DNA of 64,000 nucleotides from Alphaproteobacteria bacterium (GTDB lineage Bacteria; Pseudomonadota; Alphaproteobacteria; Bin95): NCBI GenBank assembly GCA_965205265.1, contig CBDBGH010000001.1, positions 32,001 to 96,000 of the forward strand, read 5' to 3'. Shown piece by piece: positions 53,994 to 64,000 of this stretch (position 1 is its first letter; each line of letters starts with the position of its first letter). The notes under the pieces were generated by a model. It saw only the letters and a program-made list of their open reading frames with translations, ran no database searches and was not told where the DNA came from. The position numbers and the translations under genes were made by a program.

Positions 53994-54895
53994 ATGGCGC
54001 ATGACGAACTGCTCGCCTGGTCCGCCGGCAGATTGCCTTGGCAACAGGACGCGTTACGTCGCCTGGCCATGCAGGGCGAACTCACAGCCGACGATCTGCT
54101 GGCACTTCAGCTACAGATCGAACAGGCAGCGGGACTACCTGTGGAAAACGTTCCTGAACCAGTGCCGCTTGCCGAGGAGCACCTCGATCAAGCGGCAAAC
54201 AACAACCCCAGGACCGTCCTCGCCGGCTTGGGTCCAGTCCGCCACGTAGACCGGCTTTCGTCTGATCAGCCGCCGCTTCGATTCGCGATCAACGGCATCA
54301 CGCTCGTCTACGGCGCCAATGCTTCTGGCAAGAGCGGCTACTGCCGTATCGCACGGCGACTCTGCCGGTCTCTGAGCCCGGTCGATCTTCGCCGCAACGT
54401 CTATGACACCGGGGCCCCAGCTCCACCCGAAGTGGCTGTTGCCTTTCGCGTCGGGAGCGATGACCAGCCCAAGGAAGAGCTGACCTGGTACGCCGACCAA
54501 GACCCGCCTGCGGAACTCTCGCGGATTTCCGTGTTCGATACTGCCAGTGCACGCGTCTACGTCGACAGGCAACGAAAGATCGAGTTCCTGCCCTACGAAC
54601 TCGATCTGATGAACAAGCTGGGTCTCGCCTGCCGGTCCCTCGAGGAGGGCTTCAGAGAACGTTTGACAGCCGTCAATGCAGCCGTGAGTGCGTGCCTGTC
54701 GGAAGCATATCACGAAGGCACGAAGGTTCAGGCGACGCTTGCCCGTCTCGTGACACAGACCGCTCTCGAGGAACCCCCAAGCGAGCTCGAACTACAGGCA
54801 TTCGGAAGGTGGTCGGCAGAAAGGCAGGCCGCATTCGAGGCCGCCGGAGAACGCTTGAGGCAGGATCCGCAGGTCATGGTCCGGCTTCTCCTCGC
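53994..54895 (+). pseudogene. SMC/ABC-type ATPase, 5' fragment
   Basis: PWQQDALRRL, GITLVYGANASGKSGYCR, ISVFD; no Walker B half, and the ORF runs on into unrelated DNA. Confidence 0.72.
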
Positions 54896-55152
54896 CGGAT
54901 TTGATGCCCGGCGACCTACAAGGCAAAGGCCCTATGGTGGGACCAGGAGCTATGTCGGCCGACGAAAAGGCGAAACCGTGCCCGATCCGGTGCGGTTTTC
55001 ACGTTCAAGGCCCTCTATCATGCAGCTCGTCACCAATAGAACATGCTACAGGTCACGAGCGCACCCTGAAAGCCTCGCAGATCCTTGTGGATCGCTTCAG
55101 GATCGGTCACGGATACCGATGGAGGGTCAACAAAAGTATGGATTGCCGGCAA

Positions 55153-55545
55153 TCAGTGCCGCCTTCGGGGTTCGAAGACCTCGTCCAGGGTGCCTGCGCC
55201 GACCAGTGCGTCTAGCCAGCGGTCCACGGTCTCCGCGTCCGCTGAAAGCACCATGTCGGCGCGGGCATCCGGAAAGTCCCCGAACCTCTTTCGGGCCAGA
55301 CGGAGCAGCGTCTCGGCCTTCCCTGTTGCGATGCCTTTGCTCAGCCCGCGCGCCTCGCCCTGTTCGAGCAGCGTCTCCGCTATCGTTCCCATGATCCCTC
55401 CATTCCGTTGTGTCCCTGGTTCCGCAGCGCCGCCCTGAGCCCATCAAGGTCGGTGCTGCGGACCCGCACGATGTACTCGATGACCTGCCGCGCGAGGTCC
55501 CCCTCCTCCGGCAGGCTCTATGCGGTCTCCGCGAGGTGGTCCAGC
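55153..55545 (-). pseudogene. Rpn-family (DUF4351-like) C-terminal fragment
   Basis: MGTIAETLLEQGEARGLSKGIATGKAETLLRLARKRFG..DRWLD. Confidence 0.7.
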
Positions 55546-55665
55546 GCGTCGACACGCGGGCGTCCAAGTTGCGGGCCGTACTCCCGAAGCAGCCTCGAGT
55601 GCGCGAGGATTGCCCTTCGCACCACCAGGGGCAGATCCAGAAACTCGGGATGGAAACTGGCCGGA
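55546..55665 (-). pseudogene. HigB-like toxin fragment
   Basis: Manual translation FHPEFLDLPLVVRRAILAHSRLLREYGPQLGRPRVDAL. Confidence 0.55.
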
Positions 55666-55842
55666 TCCTTTCCCGATGGTCACCCCGCCTTCATCCCGAC
55701 GGCGCGGCCTCCCTGAGTGCATCGAGGATGGCCGACCTGACCTCACCCGGATCGCCGCGCTTCATCGTCGCCATCACGAATTCTGTTGTGTCCCTGGTTC
55801 CGCAGCGTCTCCCAGAGCCCGTTCAGGTCGGTGCTCATGTGA

Positions 55843-56175
55843 TCACTGTGTGCGTCCGTGTTCGTGGCCGAAGTCCGACAGTTCCACACGCCCTCCGTCA
55901 GGAAGTTCGGCGATGAGGCGCAGGTCACCACCCATCGCCTCGACAGCCTTCCGGAGGGTGGACACCAATGTGTCGTTGCGTCTCTCAAGGCGCGAGACGC
56001 CCTCCTGTCCGATGCCAAGCTCGGCCGCAAGCTCGACCTGTGTTATGTCCAGTCTCCTGCGGATTTCGCGCAGGGTGCCCAGTTCGGCCCGCAGTTCGTC
56101 AGCCCGGTCCCTGATCATCTGCCGCATCTCCGGGGTCTGTCGTGCCTTCATCTCCTCGAGGCTTACAGCTGTCAT
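55843..56175 (-). CDS. HigA-like XRE antitoxin
   Basis: LREIRRRLDITQVELAAELGIGQEGVSRLERRNDTLVSTLRKAVEAMGG. Confidence 0.82.
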   Translation of the reverse strand: MTAVSLEEMKARQTPEMRQMIRDRADELRAELGTLREIRRRLDITQVELAAELGIGQEGVSRLERRNDTLVSTLRKAVEAMGGDLRLIAELPDGGRVELSDFGHEHGRTQ

Positions 56176-56257
56176 CTCGTCTATCTCCAACTCTCTTCAG
56201 TTTTCTCCGCCGCCCCTCCCCGTAGGTGCTCGGACGGTTCATGCGCTGCCGGTCGTT

Positions 56258-56476
56258 TCATTCAGGAATCGGTCGAACCTGTCGTCGGCGGTCCTGCTCC
56301 TCGATGGTGGCGGCAAGAGGCGCATTGAGCGTGAAAATGTCAGTCGCAAGCAATCCCTCAATCGTGGTCTGTGTGCTGAAGTGGTCAGGCACCGCAAACA
56401 GTGCCCGCCTCACCCTCTTCCAGAGTTCGTAATGCTCCCACTCAACAGGATCGGCGGGATGGGGAGCATCAGGCAT
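56258..56476 (-). pseudogene. Probable restriction endonuclease, 5' fragment
   Basis: Overlaps the MTase stop; ALFAVPDHF..ATDIFTLNAPLAATIEEQ, then breaks off. Confidence 0.5.
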
Positions 56477-57420
56477 CTGCAAGTCGCTTGGCGGCGGCAT
56501 GATAGAACTCCGGTATGATCTCGGCGCTGCGACATGCGCGGTCTGAATGCCACGAACTCACGAGTGCGGGACAAAGGCCTCCAAACGGTTCCCACACCAT
56601 GTCGCCCGGATCGGTGCAGATCCGGATGGTCCTGTCGACCAGTTCCAGAGGCTTCTGACTACCGTGGAGGCTCTTGAACTTCCAGCGCATGTCGCGGCGG
56701 TCGCCGCTGACCCTTTCGTTACCGCCAACATGAGGACGCCGCCAGACGTTTGTGATTCCGACCGGACAATTGAATTTGGCGCGTTGTCGGGACCATTCGG
56801 ACGCCGTGAATGGTCGTTCTCCATCGCCGCTAAAGTACGGACGGCCTGCCGGATTCCCGTTCGCATTGGCGTAATGGGCCAACGCCTCGAAAGCGCTGGG
56901 TGGAGGGAAATACCAGAGATGATCGGACGTAAGGTATTTCCTGGTCGCTGCATTCGCGACGCCGCAGGCATCGTTCGCCAGGCGGAATGGAAGGCCTGAT
57001 CGCTTCCATTCATGCCTGAGCCAGGCCTGCATCGTCATTCCGCCGAATCTTGGTTGCCGGACATACTGAACGCAGACCTCGGTGGTGACCGGCAGTTTCC
57101 GCAAGGTCTTTGTGTTGGCATTGCCTGCGACATGACCCAATCCCTTGTCCCAGACATGACAGCTTCTGTATTCCCACCCGAACTCCTGAAGTACGGGATG
57201 GACTGTCGCCCATCCGATCTCCGTGTTCCAGAACCACAGAGTGGTTTGCGGCGTGGCCCTTTCGGCCCAGACGCGCACATGCGGAACATACCAATCCGCC
57301 AGTCCGTCAGTGCCGGAAAGGTCTCCTGGGTAGCCACTGACTCCGTAAGGCCCATCGCACACGATGCAGACCGGATCCGGCCATTCGCCGTAGAAGTTCT
57401 CGGCGCGGCCAAAGCAGACC
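56469..57420 (-). CDS. DNA methyltransferase (N4/N6, beta class), 5' end uncertain
   Basis: CDGPYG (DPPY-like) before HGSQKPLEL..DMVWEPFGG. Confidence 0.8.
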
Positions 57421-57625
57421 TCGGCACCTCCGCGCCGGAGCCGGTCTCGGTTCCGTCACCTCGCCTGAAATGACCGCCTGCAGTGCTGTCATATCCTGTC
57501 TCCCCGCGGCTGATGGCTGGCGGCGGAGGGCCAGGCATCAGTCTGATCCTTTCCGGCCCCGCCCTTATCGAACCCGCGCCGCCGCGCCAATATGTCGGCA
57601 TCGCCCATGGTGTACCGGCCTCCTG

Positions 57626-57973
57626 TCACGCGACCACCCTGCCCCGCGTGTGCGCATCCATCGCGTATTCGATCAACGACTGCCGTGCCGCGAATGTCCG
57701 GTCCTGCTCGACCGGCATCCCGCACGGACCGCGCATGGCCGCGATCTGGCTCAGCCGGAAGCCGCCGATCTCCGGGAAGCCATTGCCCAGGTCACAGAGG
57801 CCATAGGCGACGTCTGGGTCATTGGGCGAAAGCCAGGCAAGCAGCCAGGTCCCGGCGGCGTCCGGGGTGTAGAGCTTCACCACCGGCCGCACCTCCCCCG
57901 TAATGTCCCGCCGTGCGAGCGTGAAGCCCGTCTCCCGCAGCCGCGCCCGCTGTTCAGCCGTCATCAACATCAT
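57626..57973 (-). CDS. DUF2958-family protein
   Basis: PVVKLYTPDAAGTWLL..DPDVAYGLCDLGNGFPEIG. Confidence 0.85.
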   Translation of the reverse strand: MMLMTAEQRARLRETGFTLARRDITGEVRPVVKLYTPDAAGTWLLAWLSPNDPDVAYGLCDLGNGFPEIGGFRLSQIAAMRGPCGMPVEQDRTFAARQSLIEYAMDAHTRGRVVA

Positions 57974-58232
57974 CACTCCCCTTCTCGGCCACCTCTCTTG
58001 CGGCGTTGACTTCCTCAAGCAGCTCGTCCCGCAGCCGCTCCAGCCGTCCGGTGTCGCCATCGATCAACGGCTGGACAAGCACGATCCCCCGCATCCGCGC
58101 CCAGCCCTGCCATGCGGCACGGCAATCGGCGCTGCAATAGATCTGGTTCCGGCGCGCCGGAATGAACGGCCGGTGGCATCGCTGCCATCCGCAGCGCCTC
58201 CCAGTTCCGGCCGGATGATTCGAACCCGCCAC
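57954..58232 (-). CDS. Small zinc-finger-like hypothetical protein
   Basis: CGWQRC..F.PARRNQIYCSADCR; RBS GGAGG. Confidence 0.6.
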   Translation of the reverse strand: MAGSNHPAGTGRRCGWQRCHRPFIPARRNQIYCSADCRAAWQGWARMRGIVLVQPLIDGDTGRLERLRDELLEEVNAAREVAEKGSDDVDDG

Positions 58233-58695
58233 GTTCCCTCCATCTTTTCGAGACTAACATATGTCTACCTATTGATCAAGCGTTGCCTAACACAAAACCG
58301 CTACCGGTCGTGGCGCATCCTTCCGTTTCGATCACCTTACCGGCCGGGAAGATGGCCGAAGACCCGAAGTCCGGCCGCATGGAGTTCTGACGTGGAGAGT
58401 CGATATCCGTCGGCATTTCCTCAATGAACGGCAGCGCGGCGAGAACCCTATTTTGTAACCCATGGATTCCGTCCTTAGTATACTTATGGTATCCGAACCA
58501 CAAGATGCTGTCCCCCCCCCCCCTTACTTCACCAAGGCTTCGCGGGAGTTCCGCAGTGGCGTCGAAACCGTTACGGAAGACCTTCGCCATGCCGCCTGAA
58601 GGACGTGAGGCGCCAACCGTCCGGAAGGTCCGATAGACCCGACGCCCATGCCCATTCAGCCAGGGTGGACACCGACCCACCCGGATAGCCCTCCG

Positions 58696-58723
58696 GGTTA
58701 ACCGTGGTTAACCACGGTTAACC
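58696..58723. promoter_or_regulatory. parS-like 28-bp palindrome
   Basis: GGTTAACCGTGGTTAACCACGGTTAACC just downstream of parB. Confidence 0.8.
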
Positions 58724-58749
58724 GCGGGGCGCGTGGCACTCCAGTCAAT

Positions 58750-59811
58750 CTAGCCACCCTCTCCACCGATCACCCGGTCGAACGCCCTGACTGCCCGCTC
58801 CAGTCTTTCCCTGTCAACGGATGAATAGTCTCCTTTCGACCGTATCCTGCATTCCCCTCCCTTTGCCGTCACCTTGAGGTCCCCGACATGAATCTCGACC
58901 TTCGCGGCCCGCTCCCTGTCCGAACCGGCGTCCGCCCGCTCCCCTGCCCTGCCGGCCGCGAAAGCCACCAGAACCGCGGTCTGTCCCTTCGGGTCGGCAC
59001 AGGCCCGAAGGCTCTCGCAAAGCGCGACGGCGTCGCCGCCCCGTTCACGGATCATGCGCACGACATCCAGTCCGAGGTTGCGCGGCACCTCCTTCGGGAA
59101 CCGAAGGCTGTCCCCCAGACTCACCAAGAGATGGACAAAGCTCCGTATATGGGAGCGCTTGACCTTGTGAAGCGACGCGTAGAGCCGATTGACCATCGAC
59201 TCCGGGTCATCCCCTTCGACCGACCTGTCGCCGGCGGCAAGGATCGCGACCTGCGCCATCTCCGCATAGGTCAGGTCCTCCCGGATGACGTTCTCCTCAA
59301 CCATGTCGATGTAGAGGTCGATCCTACCATCATCCCCCGCGGCGATCCTCGCCACCACCTCCGAGAACGCCCCGTCGCCCGTTTCCGCATACAGCTGCCG
59401 CAGCGCGGTCAGGCGCCGCCAGCCCTTCTTGAGCTGGAAGACACCCTCCGACTCCCGGAACACCTCGATCGGTTCCTTCTGGCCCCGCGCCCTGATCGAG
59501 CTCTTCAGCTCCTCCATCTCGTCGGAGACGGCCACGGCGTCGATGTCCAACCGGTCTCGCGGAAGCCCATCGGTGCGGATCTGCGTCAACGGCAGCCTGA
59601 CAAGCAGCCTGCCCCCTTCCTCGGCCTCGCGGTAGCGCTCGGCGTCACGGAGGTTCCGCCGCCGCCGTTCCGTCAGTTTCTCCGAACTCTCCCGGAGGTT
59701 CCCGGCCACGTCCACGATCGCGGCGCCCATCGGCCCCGCCCGCCGCTTCGCAGCCTCCTCGACATCCGCCTCGCGGATGGACGCCAGTCCGAAATCAAGC
59801 TTCTTGGACAT
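58750..59811 (-). CDS. parB: ParB partition protein
   Basis: LKSSIRARGQKEPI, KKGWRRLTAL, MVEENVIREDL. Confidence 0.9.
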   Translation of the reverse strand: MSKKLDFGLASIREADVEEAAKRRAGPMGAAIVDVAGNLRESSEKLTERRRRNLRDAERYREAEEGGRLLVRLPLTQIRTDGLPRDRLDIDAVAVSDEMEELKSSIRARGQKEPIEVFRESEGVFQLKKGWRRLTALRQLYAETGDGAFSEVVARIAAGDDGRIDLYIDMVEENVIREDLTYAEMAQVAILAAGDRSVEGDDPESMVNRLYASLHKVKRSHIRSFVHLLVSLGDSLRFPKEVPRNLGLDVVRMIRERGGDAVALCESLRACADPKGQTAVLVAFAAGRAGERADAGSDRERAAKVEIHVGDLKVTAKGGECRIRSKGDYSSVDRERLERAVRAFDRVIGGEGG

Positions 59812-59835
59812 CAGTCCCTCCCTTTCCGTATCACC

Positions 59836-59863
59836 GGTTAACCGTGGTTAACCACGGTTAACC
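59836..59863. promoter_or_regulatory. parS-like 28-bp palindrome
   Basis: Identical palindrome between parA and parB, overlapping the parA stop codon. Confidence 0.8.
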
Positions 59864-61195
59864 CACCGTCGCCTCAACGTCGGGCGGCGTGTCGGCCACC
59901 GGCCGCTCCCGACTTTCCCAGGCATTGAGGACTGTCTCCAGGAACTCGCCGTATGCGGCGTCGAAGGACCGCCGCGCCCGCCGCCAGGTCTCCCGGGTGA
60001 GCTGCCGGTAGTCCTGCTCGTAGATCGAATTGTGGAACCTTCCCGACTGTTCAACCGCCCGCGTCTGCTCGATGACGTTCCTGCAGACCACGCCATCGCC
60101 GAAGACGTTGATGAAGGCGGCCCGCATGGCCCGGTGAAGGGCGTTGTTGTGATCGAACCGGGTCATCAGCAGCCGGATCTCGAAGAACCGCTTGTGGACC
60201 GGGAAATCGACCAGCCCGGCCAGCCCGCCGAAGCCCTCCTTCAGCGACCCCAGCGCATCGCCGAGCTGTCCCAGATAGCTGGTGGTGCTGTCATACTCCC
60301 ACCAACCCGGCCCGGTCGGAATGTACAGGACATCCGCCGCGTAGACGGCGTTCAAAGACTGGTAGCCGATGGCCGGCGGGCAATCGAATATCACGAAGTC
60401 ATACTGGTCGTCCGGCAGTTCATCCAGATACCGCGCGACGCATCCGAAGAACGTCCAGGCGCCGTGCAGCGCCCGGTACTGGGCGGTCGCGAACTCCACG
60501 AAAGCGGCGTTGGCGCAGCTGGGAATGATGTCGATCGTCGGCCAGCAGGATTTCTCGATGAAATCCTGTACCCGCATCGCGCCACATTCCTGGACCTCGT
60601 GCGGAAGTTCCTCGGGAGCGGGGTAGGGGCAGTCACCCGGGCCGTCATAGAGCGCCTGCACGCGCCCAGCCTCCCGGTAGAGGTCGCGGCCCAGAATCCC
60701 CCAGACCGTGTTCTCCTCGTTGACCTCCACCAGACCCATCGAATGCGTGAGTGTCGCCTGGGGGTCGAAGTCAACGACAAGGACGCGGTAGCCGTCGAGC
60801 GCCGCCGCGTGCGCGAAGTGGTGGGCGACCACGGTCTTTCCCACCCCGCCCTTGAAGTTCGAGACACCGATCCGCATGGCCCGCCCGGGCGGGCGCTTCG
60901 GCAGCTTCCTGTCCCCGCGGTACCGTATCCTCCGGCGCAGGTCGTTGATCTCCTCAAGCGTGAACCAGCGCTGACCGCCGTCCCCCTCCGCCTCGCCCTG
61001 TGGAAGGCCGGGGTCTGCGGCCAGTTTCTTCCGAAGCGTGTTGGGCTTCATGTCGAGGATGAACTCGGACACCTCCCAGGTCGAGAACCGCCGCAGGTCC
61101 TTCGTTTCCGCCGGGGAGAACGTCTCCCTCCTGACCGCCTTCTGCTGCGCCGCGCTCCGCGCGTGCAGTCTCAGAAGATCCGTGTAGTCCTGCAT
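59858..61195 (-). CDS. parA: ParA partition ATPase (type Ia, N-terminal HTH)
   Basis: NFKGGVGKT, VDFDPQA, FDCPPAIG. Confidence 0.92.
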   Translation of the reverse strand: MQDYTDLLRLHARSAAQQKAVRRETFSPAETKDLRRFSTWEVSEFILDMKPNTLRKKLAADPGLPQGEAEGDGGQRWFTLEEINDLRRRIRYRGDRKLPKRPPGRAMRIGVSNFKGGVGKTVVAHHFAHAAALDGYRVLVVDFDPQATLTHSMGLVEVNEENTVWGILGRDLYREAGRVQALYDGPGDCPYPAPEELPHEVQECGAMRVQDFIEKSCWPTIDIIPSCANAAFVEFATAQYRALHGAWTFFGCVARYLDELPDDQYDFVIFDCPPAIGYQSLNAVYAADVLYIPTGPGWWEYDSTTSYLGQLGDALGSLKEGFGGLAGLVDFPVHKRFFEIRLLMTRFDHNNALHRAMRAAFINVFGDGVVCRNVIEQTRAVEQSGRFHNSIYEQDYRQLTRETWRRARRSFDAAYGEFLETVLNAWESRERPVADTPPDVEATVG

Positions 61196-61299
61196 TTCCA
61201 TTTTCCCGTCTATCGCGCTTTGGCAGTAGAATATCGTGATTTGTGGGCATTGCAAATAGCTGAATGCAGAAAAGGTGATATTTGGCATGTTTCATCATC

Positions 61300-61530
61300 G
61301 ATTCAGGTGCTTGCACTGTATTTGGGTGACACCTGATCATCAACCTGCATCATATTGGGTGACACCACCGACCTGATTGGGTGACATAATGCACGTCACC
61401 CTTCACCAAGATTCACCTGATTTCAAAAAGATTTCGGAAAAAGAACATCCCGCATTTTCGGATCGCTTGACAAAGATCGGGATTTCGTCCTTTCTATCAA
61501 AAAAGATCGAATCAATGTAATTGATTGGGG
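61300..61530. other. Putative replication origin
   Basis: AT-rich divergent intergenic region; TTGGGTGACA at 61322, 61355 and 61377 (33 and 22 bp spacing) plus inverted GTCACCC. Confidence 0.65.
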
Positions 61531-61547
61531 ACGAGGCAGTAGAGGAA

Positions 61548-62252
61548 ATGGCCCACACAGACATCCAGCGGCGGTTCACCGGCCTCAACGCCGGGGTTCG
61601 GAAATACGACATGCTCACGGCCATGGCGCTGGTCGGTCTGGCGGGTCCGCCGGTCCTTCACACCTCCATGCTGCGCCTGATCGCCATCGTGACGGCGCGG
61701 TACAACTGGTCGCTCGACGAGCTTACGATGGGCCAGCGGGAGATGGCGAGGATATGGCAGGTCTGCATGCGGACCGCCAAGAGGGAGGTAAAGCGAATGA
61801 CCGCCGCGTCGATACTTGTCCCGATCCGTCCCGGCGTCCGTGGCCGTGTCGCCGCCTATCGCCTCAACCACGACGAGATCCGCCGCCTGAGCAGACCGGT
61901 CTGGAACTGCATCGGCCCGGATTTCACATCGCGCATGGCCGGGGTGGCCGAAACGCCGGTGCCATCCTCCGCCACCGTTGTTCCGCTCCATCCGGAGCAG
62001 TTCGGGCTTCCGGAGGAGGACGGCAGCGGCTGGCGGACGGCGGCCGTCCGTCTGCGGGAAGACGATCCCGCGGTTTACAGGTCGTGGTTCGCTCCCCTGC
62101 GGTCTCTGGGCCTGGCGGACGGTGTCCTCGTCCTTGAGGCGCCGACAAGGTTCCACGCGAGCTATGTCCAGACCCATCACAGCCCCAGGCTGCTGGCCGC
62201 GCTGCTGTCCTGCGGCGCGCCGGTCCGGGACGTGAAGGTGACGGCCCCGTGA
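61548..62252 (+). CDS. DnaA-like plasmid replication initiator
   Basis: KYDMLTAM..LRLIAIVTARYNW..RTAKRE..GVRGRVAAYRL; C-terminal VYRSWFAPL..APTRFHASYV (DnaA_N-like); divergent from parAB. Confidence 0.82.
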   Translation: MAHTDIQRRFTGLNAGVRKYDMLTAMALVGLAGPPVLHTSMLRLIAIVTARYNWSLDELTMGQREMARIWQVCMRTAKREVKRMTAASILVPIRPGVRGRVAAYRLNHDEIRRLSRPVWNCIGPDFTSRMAGVAETPVPSSATVVPLHPEQFGLPEEDGSGWRTAAVRLREDDPAVYRSWFAPLRSLGLADGVLVLEAPTRFHASYVQTHHSPRLLAALLSCGAPVRDVKVTAP

Positions 62253-62298
62253 CCGGCGGGCACCGTGGCGCGGGCGGAAGGGCAGGGGGGATCATCCG

Positions 62299-63777
62299 GT
62301 GAGCAACGTCACGGCGATCAGGGCGACCGGGGAGGCGGTCACGCAGCCGAGCAACATCGAGGCCGAACAGCAGCTGCTCGGCGCGATCCTGACGAACAAC
62401 GAGGCCTACGACCGCGTCAGCAACATCATCGAGGCGCACCATTTCCACGATCCGGTCCATGCCAGGATATTCGAGGCCGCGGAGTCGCGGATCAGGAGGA
62501 ACATGCTGGCCTCCCCCGTCACGCTCAAGCCGTTCCTCGAGGATGACGAGGGGCTGAGGGAGCTTGGGGGTCCGCGGTATCTGGCGCGTCTGGCGGCTTC
62601 GGCCATATCGAGCCTGGCCGCCAGGGACTATGCCCAGGTGATCTACGACCTCGCGATCCGCCGCGACCTGATCCGCCTCGGCATGGAGATCACGACCCGC
62701 GCGGCCGGGCCCGGGCAGGCCGGGCCGGGCGAACAGATCGCCGAGGCCGAGCAGGAACTGTATGACCTCGGCGAACGTGGCCGGGCCGGAACCGGCTTCG
62801 AGACCTTCTGCAGCGCCGCGACGGACGCGGTCCACCAAGCCACCGCGGCGCTGCAGCGGGGCGGCGGGATGGCGGGTCTCGCTACGGGCCTTGTCGACCT
62901 TGACCGAATGCTGGGAGGGCTGCACCGCACTGATCTCCTGGTCCTTGCGGGCCGCCCGTCCATGGGGAAGACGGCGCTGGCCACGAACATCGCGTTCAAC
63001 ATCGCGAAGCGCTACCGGCGCGGAACCCTTCCGGACGGATCCGTCGGTGCGCTGGAGGGAGGGGTCGTTGGCGTGTTCAGCCTCGAGATGAGCGCGGAGC
63101 AGCTGGCGTCACGGATCCTTGCGGGGGCGGCGGAGGTGGAGGGCGACAGGATCAGGCGGGGCGAGCTGGGCGAGGATGAGCTGCGGCGGTTCTACGGGGC
63201 GGCGAAGACGCTGGAGGCCTGTCCGCTGCACATCGACGACACACCCGCGCTTCCCATAAGCCAGATCGCAGCCCGGGCACGTCGGCTGAAGCGGACCCAT
63301 GGGCTGGATCTGCTGGTCGTCGACTACCTCCAGCTCGCCCGTGCGGGTACGGCGAGGGACAGCCGGGTCCACGAGGTGACGGAGATCACCCAGGGGCTGA
63401 AGGCGATGGCCAAGGAGCTGGAGATCCCCGTCCTGGCGCTGTCCCAGCTCTCCAGGCAGGTGGAGCAGCGCCCCGACAGACGCCCCCAGCTGTCGGACCT
63501 GCGGGAGTCGGGGTCCATCGAGCAGGACGCCGATGTCGTGATGTTCGTCTACAGGGAGGCCTACTACAGGGAGCGGGAGAAGCCCTCGGACAGCGACGGG
63601 GAGGCCATGGCGGAATGGCTGGCGGACATGAACCGGCTCAGCTACCGGGCCGAGCTGATCGTCGGCAAGCAGCGCCACGGTCCGATCGGCACGGTCGAAC
63701 TGGGTTTCGAACCGGCGTTCACGCGTTTCGGAAACGCGGAGCTGACGCGTCGGACCGACAGCGGTTACGGGGCCTGA
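62299..63777 (+). CDS. dnaB: Replicative DNA helicase
   Basis: EAEQQLLGAIL, AGRPSMGKT, FSLEMS, VVDYLQL, LSQLSR, DLRESGSIEQDAD, KQRHGP. Confidence 0.95.
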   Translation: MSNVTAIRATGEAVTQPSNIEAEQQLLGAILTNNEAYDRVSNIIEAHHFHDPVHARIFEAAESRIRRNMLASPVTLKPFLEDDEGLRELGGPRYLARLAASAISSLAARDYAQVIYDLAIRRDLIRLGMEITTRAAGPGQAGPGEQIAEAEQELYDLGERGRAGTGFETFCSAATDAVHQATAALQRGGGMAGLATGLVDLDRMLGGLHRTDLLVLAGRPSMGKTALATNIAFNIAKRYRRGTLPDGSVGALEGGVVGVFSLEMSAEQLASRILAGAAEVEGDRIRRGELGEDELRRFYGAAKTLEACPLHIDDTPALPISQIAARARRLKRTHGLDLLVVDYLQLARAGTARDSRVHEVTEITQGLKAMAKELEIPVLALSQLSRQVEQRPDRRPQLSDLRESGSIEQDADVVMFVYREAYYREREKPSDSDGEAMAEWLADMNRLSYRAELIVGKQRHGPIGTVELGFEPAFTRFGNAELTRRTDSGYGA

Positions 63778-64000
63778 ACCGATGACCGACCGGGGCGCTG
63801 GCGACAGTGATTGACATGGAAGGAGCGATATCCATGAAAGACCGACGCCCGACCCCGGAAACCGGGTCGTTCCGCCATATGGGCCGGTTGTGATGGCGCT
63901 GCATGCTGTCGAACTGTGTGCGGGTGCAAGCGGACTGTCTCCCGAGACTCGAATGCGCGGGATTCAGGCCGGTTGCCCTGGTCGACAACGACAGTCACGC

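Noticed and set aside
53994-55394. Full 466-aa ATPase defence gene
   Set aside because: Similarity stops near 54895; the rest is antisense to the Rpn fragment, and no partner gene is present.

Overview
GC-rich plasmid segment, most likely from an alphaproteobacterium (Rhodobacteraceae-like). The right end holds a DnaA-like replicon: parA-parB with two 28-bp parS-like palindromes, a repeat-containing origin, the DnaA-like initiator and a plasmid-borne dnaB. The middle holds a MOBQ TraA relaxase-helicase with a candidate oriT. The left part is a pile of degenerate IS/Tn elements (Tn3, IS30, IS4-type fused to DUF4338/DruA, IS5/IS1182-like, IS66) and a catabolic island (enolase-superfamily enzyme, sugar-type ABC transporter, sulfatase pseudogenes, AstE/AspA, D-cysteine desulfhydrase family, MlrC). 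Many TA modules and broken R-M systems are scattered throughout. The most unusual signals are: (1) arrays of paralogous MNT-HEPN, Uma2 and STAND-like ATPase genes with hypervariable segments, where unrelated proteins end in shared short C-terminal tails (..DRGAWRSPSPF[G/D]*, ..RRNDGGDDGTDFRA*) that may be T4SS delivery tags or cassette ends; (2) pervasive directional A:T->G:C decay of mobile genes beside intact backbone genes; (3) a 9-bp-periodic operator array present twice, in front of traA and in front of an unknown PIN-domain operon. All family calls come from motif recognition by eye; no database searches were run. Several frameshifts fall in G/C homopolymers and may be assembly errors.
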